Position numbers and translations under genes: made by a program. From Prasinococcaceae sp. CCMP 1430 (lineage: Eukaryota; Plantae; Prasinodermophyta), in the NCBI GenBank assembly GCA_013416795.1, contig RQSC01000002.1, positions 472,145 through 536,144 on the forward strand: DNA of 64,000 nucleotides. Reading direction: 5' to 3'. The notes under the pieces are model-generated. The model made no database searches, was not told the DNA's origin, and worked only from the letters and a program-made list of their open reading frames with translations. This document shows positions 57,801-64,000 of the stretch, piece by piece. Positions within the stretch are counted from its first letter, which is position 1. Every line of letters begins with the position of its first letter.

Positions 57801-58699
57801 GCGCGGCCGTACCGGCGAGCCGCGCGGTCCGTGCCGCGAGCGAGCGCGAGCGCGTTGGTGAGGTAGACACACCACACACGCACACACCGCGCCCTCGCTC
57901 AGCAGCCAGCCAGCCATGCTTTCTCGTGTCAGAACCTGGCCCGCGCGCGGTGCGGCGGCACCCAGCGCCGCACCCAGCGCCGGTCACCGCCCGGCGCAGA
58001 TCCACCGCGCGGCGACTCAGCGCAGGCGGTCACTGGCCCGTCTGGCCTGGGCCTGGGTCCTGCTGGCGGCCCGCCGGCAGTCGGTCGATGGTGATGATGA
58101 ATAGTAGGACTACGCACAGAATGATGCCTCTCCTGAAAAAATGGTATCAGGCCAGCTTTCATTCGTTCGCGGTTCCGTTTCGGATCGGATCCGGGCGCAC
58201 GCGCGGGGGCGAGCCGGGAAAGCTCGCAACCGCCACGCCGCAAAAGGGCAAAACGCGCTTTTTTCCAGTTGAATTTGATACGACCAACGCAATTAGGAGT
58301 GACCTATCGAGGTCACTTCGAATGCGTGCTCGAAACAATGCGGAGGACGCACCGAGGTCAAAATACATTGCGCTTTCAAATACACTTCGAACGCTTTTGC
58401 CCCTTTGCTTGCGATCGAGTTTTTGGTCGTGCAGAGTGTGCTTTTTTACGTGCGTTGCATTCGTGTTGAATTGCATTCGATTCGGGCCGGCCGGCCGGCG
58501 TGCGAGTTGTAACGTCTCATCAAAATGCATCTGATTTTCGACGCCACGTGTGTCGTGATATATTCCGATCGAAGTGGTCTAGCTAGTACTGTATATATTT
58601 AATTTACTCACGGGCGAGTCGAAGTTGCGCGGCGCGCGCGCGCGCGCGCGCGCGGCACACGCCGTGGCGGCGAGCGCGCACGCACTCGAGTGCGGAAGC

Positions 58700-59842
58700 G
58701 TTCGCAATGGGCGACTCGCGGGCCGCGGCTGGCGCGCGCAGGCGTGGGTGGGCGGCGCCATCGCGACGTGGCCCGAGCTCGTGGCGCTGCGCGTGCGCAC
58801 CGCCAAGGCGGTCTACCCCTGGTGGGTGGGCCCGTCCGCCCTCGGCGTGCCCACCCTCGCGGCCATCAAGTACTGCCCGCCGTGCGGGGAGGCGGGCGCC
58901 CGCGCTTGCGCGAGTGGGGGCTCCTTCGTCCGCGCTCGCCGCGCGCCCTCTGTCGGCGCCACCGCGCTAGGCCTGGGTCCCGCGGGGACCGCTGGTGGCA
59001 AGCCCGCGGGGAGAAGCGCGGTGCCGAGCGTGGTGATGGCGTGCTGCCCGCCGGGCAAGCACATCCACACGCCCGACGCCGTCTTCCTCGAGCGCAAGCT
59101 GAGCTTCGTCCACGAGGCGTCGGGCCTTGCGCTGCACTTCGACCCGGAGGACGCCGTGCGCGGCTGCGTCTTCGACGCCGCCGGCGACGACCTCGCGCCG
59201 AAGGACATGATGCCACCGCACGTGCAGTCGCAGTACGCAGAGCGATGGAGGAGCATCAACCTGATCAAGAAGGAGATCGACTGGGCGTACGACTGGACGT
59301 ACTCGACGCGGTGGTGGGGCTGCCCGGTGCTGGACGGCGTCGAGCTCGAGGGCGTTGAGGACCCCGATGGCGCGCTGCCTATGGCGCTGCTGGTGGCAAG
59401 GGACGAGATCCTGTGGTACGAGGAGCTGGAGCAGTACTACGACGACCTGCACGACGAGGGCACCGTGGCGTTCACCGTGCGCGCGCGCGTCATGCCCGGC
59501 TTCTTCTTCGTGCTGGCGCGGCTCGAGCTGCGCGTGCTCAACGTCGTCGCACGCCAGATCGACACGAGGTGGCTGCACGTCTACGGCTCCGGCGAGCTGG
59601 TGCGCGAGTGGAGCTGGCGCGAGCGCCCCATGTCGGAGCTGCGCCGGCGCGCGCGGCCGGGCGAGGCGGTCGGCCCGGAGCTGCTCGTGCCCATGGACAC
59701 GCAGCGGCGCGCCTTCCACAGGTTCCGTATGCCTGAGGCGCAAGCGCGCTCAAACACACACACACACACACAAAATGACCTCTACTTCAGGTATGCTAGA
59801 CTAGACTACTGTAGAGTTATTAGTCTGCTTCAGGCATGCTAG
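58700..59842 (+). CDS. TIP41/TIPRL-like PP2A regulator (divergent); both ends uncertain
   Basis: PDAVF...HEASGLALHFDPEDA; AYDWTYSTRWWG; RDEILWYEEL..YYDDLHDEG...RVMPGFFFVLARLELRV...IDTRW...VREWSWRE. Confidence 0.8.
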   Translation, partial: VRNGRLAGRGWRAQAWVGGAIATWPELVALRVRTAKAVYPWWVGPSALGVPTLAAIKYCPPCGEAGARACASGGSFVRARRAPSVGATALGLGPAGTAGGKPAGRSAVPSVVMACCPPGKHIHTPDAVFLERKLSFVHEASGLALHFDPEDAVRGCVFDAAGDDLAPKDMMPPHVQSQYAERWRSINLIKKEIDWAYDWTYSTRWWGCPVLDGVELEGVEDPDGALPMALLVARDEILWYEELEQYYDDLHDEGTVAFTVRARVMPGFFFVLARLELRVLNVVARQIDTRWLHVYGSGELVREWSWRERPMSELRRRARPGEAVGPELLVPMDTQRRAFHRFRMPEAQARSNTHTHTQNDLYFRYARLDYCRVISLLQAC

Positions 59843-59990
59843 AGGCAGGCCTCTCGCTGCTGTACTGTGGCTAGAGTAGCTACAGGGAGCCCCAAAAGAG
59901 CTCGCTTGCGACTGCAGCACGCGCGCAGGCACGCCTCCGCCGCCCGCGCCGCCGCCTCCCTCGCTCTAGCTAGCGACAGTGGCTTGCTGG

Positions 59991-62900
59991 CTAGCGCAGC
60001 ACCCGGCGCTGCGCGTCGAAGAGCTGCGCGGCGGACTCGAAGCCGAGCGCGCGCGCGAGCGCGCGCGCGGCGGCGGTCTCGACGACGCCCATGCCGGCCG
60101 GCGCACCCGCGCCGTCGGCGCGCGCCCCTTGGATGTCGTCCATGAGCTCCTCCATGATGGCGCTCGGCAAGTTCTCCTCCGCGTCCTCCTGCGAGTAGTG
60201 CCTGCGCCCGCCGAACTTGGGTGGCGCCAGCAGCGCGTGCACGGCGTACAGCCGCGCGCGCGCGCGCGTCATGCCAACGTACGCGCAGCGAAGCTCCTCC
60301 GCCTCCTCGGTCGGCCCGGCCGAAGCCATGGGCAGCGTGCCATCAACCACGCCGACCATCAGCACCACGTCGAACTCCAGGCCTTTCGAGCTGTGCAGTG
60401 TCATGAGGCGCACTTTGTCGGCGAGCTCGGCGTCCTCCTCCTCCTCGCCGAGCACCGAGTCCTGCAGAAACAGCGACAGCCGCGAACGCGGTCCGTCCAT
60501 ATCGACCATGTCCTCTGCCTCGGCGGCATGCAGGGAGCTCGCCAGGGTGTCGGCTGCGCGCGAGTCAAACTGCCCGCAGAGCTCGATCAGCCGCGCGACG
60601 TTGTCGAGCCGATTGTCCAACAGGGCTGCATCCTTGCCCTTGGAGCGCTGCCTTGTGTACTCCTCGTACCCGACGTCAGCCACCACGCTCCGCAAAAGCT
60701 CCGACACGCTGCCAGGCGGCACCTCGCCAGGCGGTGCCTCCGTCAGCGCGGACGCGCCCGCACGCCACCGCGAGGCGAGATCCGAAAGCTGCTCAAGCCC
60801 CTGGTAGGGCCTCTTAGTGGCAAACTTGTCGCCGAAGGCGCTCGCGGCGAGCGCCTCCAGCGCTTCGCCGCCAGCGCTCACGGCCCGCGCCACCGCCGCA
60901 GCTTCTCCGCCGGCGGCCGCGACGAGCTTCTCGAGCGAGGCGTCGCCCACCCCTCGCTTCGGCACACCTAGGCAGCGTTTAAAGGCCGTATAGGCGGAGG
61001 GATTGTCGAGCCAAAGCAGGTAAGCCATCAGGTCTTTCACCTCCACGCGTTCGGCGAATGCCTTGCCCTGCGACACCGAGTACGGCACCCCCATTTTGAG
61101 CAGCGGCTGCTCGAGCTCCAAGGCCTGCATGTTCTTGCGGTAGAGCATCGCCACGCTGAGCCCACGGGCGTGCGCGTCCGCTGCGACGGCCGCCGCGAAG
61201 GCCGCCTCGTCGCGCGAGTCGGCCGCAAGCACAAGCGACACCGGCGGCGCGCGCGCCCCTCCCTGCTCTCGCGCCGCCGCGCGCAGCAGGAGCTGCGATC
61301 GCACGGGGCTCAGGCGGAGCGGCGCATCAGCGGCGCGCAGAATGGGCGCGGCGCTGCGGTAATTGAGCGGCAGCTCGTACGTGCGCGCCCCATCGAAGTC
61401 CGCCTCGAAGGTGCGCAGCATCAGTTCTGGCCTCGAGCCGCGAAAGGCGTAAATGGACTGGTCCACATCGCCTACCACGAAGAGGCTGCGCGCGCCGTCG
61501 CGTTCGTGCGCGTCGCCCACACCCGCGCCCGCGTTCGCCACAGCGCGCTCGGCAGCAGCCGCCTGCGCGAGCGGGTCGTCGCCCAGCATGGACACGCTGG
61601 GTCCCATAAGCTCGGGTAGCGGGAGCGCGAGCAGACGCAGGAACTCGTACTGAGCCACGTTGGTGTCCTGAAACTCGTCCACCAGCACGTGCCGGAAGCG
61701 CGCGCGGAACCTGTGCAGCGCGGCGCTCGGCCTGGCGGCCTCGCCGTGAGGCGCCCCCCGAAGCGCCCACACGGCATGACCCAGCAGGTCGTCGAAGTCG
61801 AAGGCGTCCTGCGAGCGCAGCTCGTCCTCGTACGCGCCCGCAATGTGCTCGAACCAATCGAGCGGGGTGGGTGCAGCGGGGTCCGCAGGGTTGACGAGCG
61901 CGCCGCGCGCGGAGAGCGTCTTTGACCACCTTCGCCGGTAGCCTGCGCGCACGAGCGCTGCGTGCAGCTGCTTGGGGCTCGCGCCTGCGGAGCACTTCAT
62001 GGCGTTCTTGGCGAAGCTCAGCTGCGCGCGCATGTCGGCGGCGTCGCACTCGTCCTTTGCGAGGCGCCCCTCCTTGACGAGGCGCGCGAGCACCGCGCGC
62101 ATCGCGCCGTCCGCGCCCTCCTCGTCGAGGATGGAGAATGACCGCGTGCGCGTGCAGCCGGGCAGCTCGGCGACGGCCGAGCGCAGCACTCGCGCGCACA
62201 CGGAGTGAAACGTCCCGACGTGCATCGCGGCCGCGCGGTCGCGCCCAGCGAGCGCCGCTGCGCGCCGCCGCAGCTCGCCTGCCGCGCGCCGCGTGAATGT
62301 GATGGCCAGGATGTGCCAAGGCGGCACGCGCTCCGTCTCGAGCAGGTGCGCCACCCGGCTGATGAGCACGCGCGTCTTGCCCGAGCCTGGGCCGGCGAGC
62401 ACACGCACCGGTGGCACGAGCGGCGCAGCCGCCGCGGCCAGCTGCTGCACGTTGAGGGCATCGAGGTGCTGCGAAGAGGCGTCCTGCGGCGCGGGTGGGG
62501 CGGGAGCGCAGGGGACACCGAGGTGCGCGAGCAGCCATGTCAGCGCACGGCCGCCGCGAACATGGCGCACTCGCGCTCGCGACCGCAGCCACACCTCCTC
62601 GCCGACCGCTCGGTACCCTCGCGCGGCGTCGCCGCCCGGCCACGCACTGCCCGCCCGTGTCCCCGGCGCGCCCGCTCCCGCGCGCGGCGCGGCGCGGCGC
62701 AGCGCCTGGTAGTCGTGGCCCCTGTCGCGCCGTCCGCCCGCGCCAAGCATCGGCCGCAGCAGCGCCCATCCAGCGACCGCCTTCATCGTGCCCGGCGTGC
62801 GCGGTGTGGCACACAGAGGCGGCGAGGAGGGGCTCGGGGAGGCAGAGGTGGCAACGGGGTGCTCTGGAGGTTGAAGGAGAGGAGATCAGCGTGCACGCGC

Positions 62901-63094
62901 GCGTGCGTCGTGCTGCGCCTCTGGGGGCGCCGCGCCGCGCGCTCCGGCGCGGCTGTGGTGCTCGGGGCGTGTTCGGCTCGTGCGGCCGCGCTCGCCACAG
63001 CGCGTGCGCGGAAACGCACGGTGCGCGTGGGTAGCCTCCCCAGGCGGCGGCACGTGGGGGGGGGGCGGCGGGGCAGGACCTGCGACGGCGCCAT
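59991..63094 (-). CDS. UvrD/PcrA/Srs2-type superfamily 1 DNA helicase with a probable N-terminal targeting extension (main ORF 59991-62786; putative first exon from 63094)
   Basis: All SF1 motifs: VLAGPGSGKTRVL, ILAITFTRRAAGEL, GTFHSVC, DFDDLL, VLVDEFQDTN, VVGDVDQSIYAFRGS, LNYRS, EVKDLMAYL, LMTLHSSKGLEFDVV, EELRCAYVGMTRAR. Confidence 0.92.
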
Positions 63095-63264
63095 GTTTGC
63101 GCGCCGCGCTCCCTTCGCCGCCGCTGCCTCCGNNNNNNNNNNNNNNNNNNNNNNNNNNNNNNNNNNNNNNNNNNNNNNNNNNNNNNNNNNNNNNNNNNNN
63201 NNNNNNNNNNNNNNNNNNNNNNNNNNNNNNNNTCGGATTAGGGTGTGCTGGGTTTTATTTTCTC

Positions 63265-63322
63265 GCACCAGGGTCGACGGATTAGGGCACCAGGGTCGAC
63301 GGATGCACCAGGGTGAGTCGAC
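63265..63322 (+). repeat. Three tandem copies of GCACCAGGGTCGACGGAT (the third interrupted)
   Basis: Units at 63265-63282, 63287-63304 and 63305-63322, immediately after an N-gap. Confidence 0.85.
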
Positions 63323-64000
63323 CCGAATCCGATTCTGAATTTTCCTCCGAGCGACGCGTCGCGTAACCTCCGTTTCGTTGGAACGACCAGTCCGGGTCTC
63401 CGCCGGCATTTCGCAGATGCGGACATGCGGCAAAATTCAATCAGTGGGGACATCCACCAACCAACACCCGCCCCTGCGGTTTTTACACGCTCCCGTGGGG
63501 GTGCATGCCGTGCCGTTTCACGTGAGGCCTCAACGGGTCGGGAGCCTCATCGCGCCGAAATGCGCGAATTGGAAAAAAGATGCCTTACGTCTGTTGACTC
63601 AGTTTGTCGTTCGGCGGCGCACCGGTGCCCGCCGGGCCTGTGCCTGCTGCGAGCGGAATCAAAAAAAAAGGCGGAATGAAAGGGGGCGGGGGCCGGGGAA
63701 GGCCGCGGAGCGCGGCGATTTCGCGCGCGCGCCGCCCCGCAAAACGCATGCTTTCCTCCATCTTCGCGCCGCGCTTTCGGCGCGCGCCGTACCGCAGAGG
63801 GGGCGGCGGGCGGCGCGGCGAGGCCATCAAAGCGAACGCGCGAGCGCCACAAAATATCCGCCAATTCGGGTTAAACGTCATTAGGGTTATAGGGTTTATA
63901 TTTCGCGAGGTCGAGCCCGCGGGACCTTTCGTGCTGGGCGAGCGGCGAAGGGGCACGCGCGCGCGCGCGCGCGCGCCCTGCGGGCCCGGCCGGGGGCGGG

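Noticed and set aside
63265-63322. CRISPR-like array
   Set aside because: Eukaryotic context, near-contiguous units without unique spacers, and no cas genes.

Overview
This is a gene-dense, very GC-rich and CpG-rich eukaryotic window. It most likely comes from a green alga of prasinophyte grade: it has short GT-AG introns, TGTAA just downstream of several stop codons, plastid genes (ClpR2, CP12-like), a GT77 arabinosyltransferase and ciliary/centriolar genes (BBS2, WRAP73). About 27 protein-coding loci can be supported, mostly housekeeping, with five N-gaps and three single Ns. Gene names come from recognising motifs by eye; no database search was run. Highlights: (1) a ~1,440-aa natural fusion of an AAE3/Pcs60-type oxalate-CoA ligase with a TPP-dependent oxalyl-CoA decarboxylase/2-hydroxyacyl-CoA lyase ending in a PTS1 (-ARM), i.e. 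a candidate one-polypeptide peroxisomal oxalate-catabolism module; (2) a 3.3-6.2 kb accessory island in which a 30-bp repeat in both orientations brackets a retroelement-like endonuclease fragment and a SAND-MBD-HMG-like chromatin-reader gene; (3) a tandem CP12-like protein; (4) a Val2-type Fpg/Nei glycosylase fused to a SAP domain; (5) 293 bp of perfect identity between the two Grx domains of a GRXS17-like gene.
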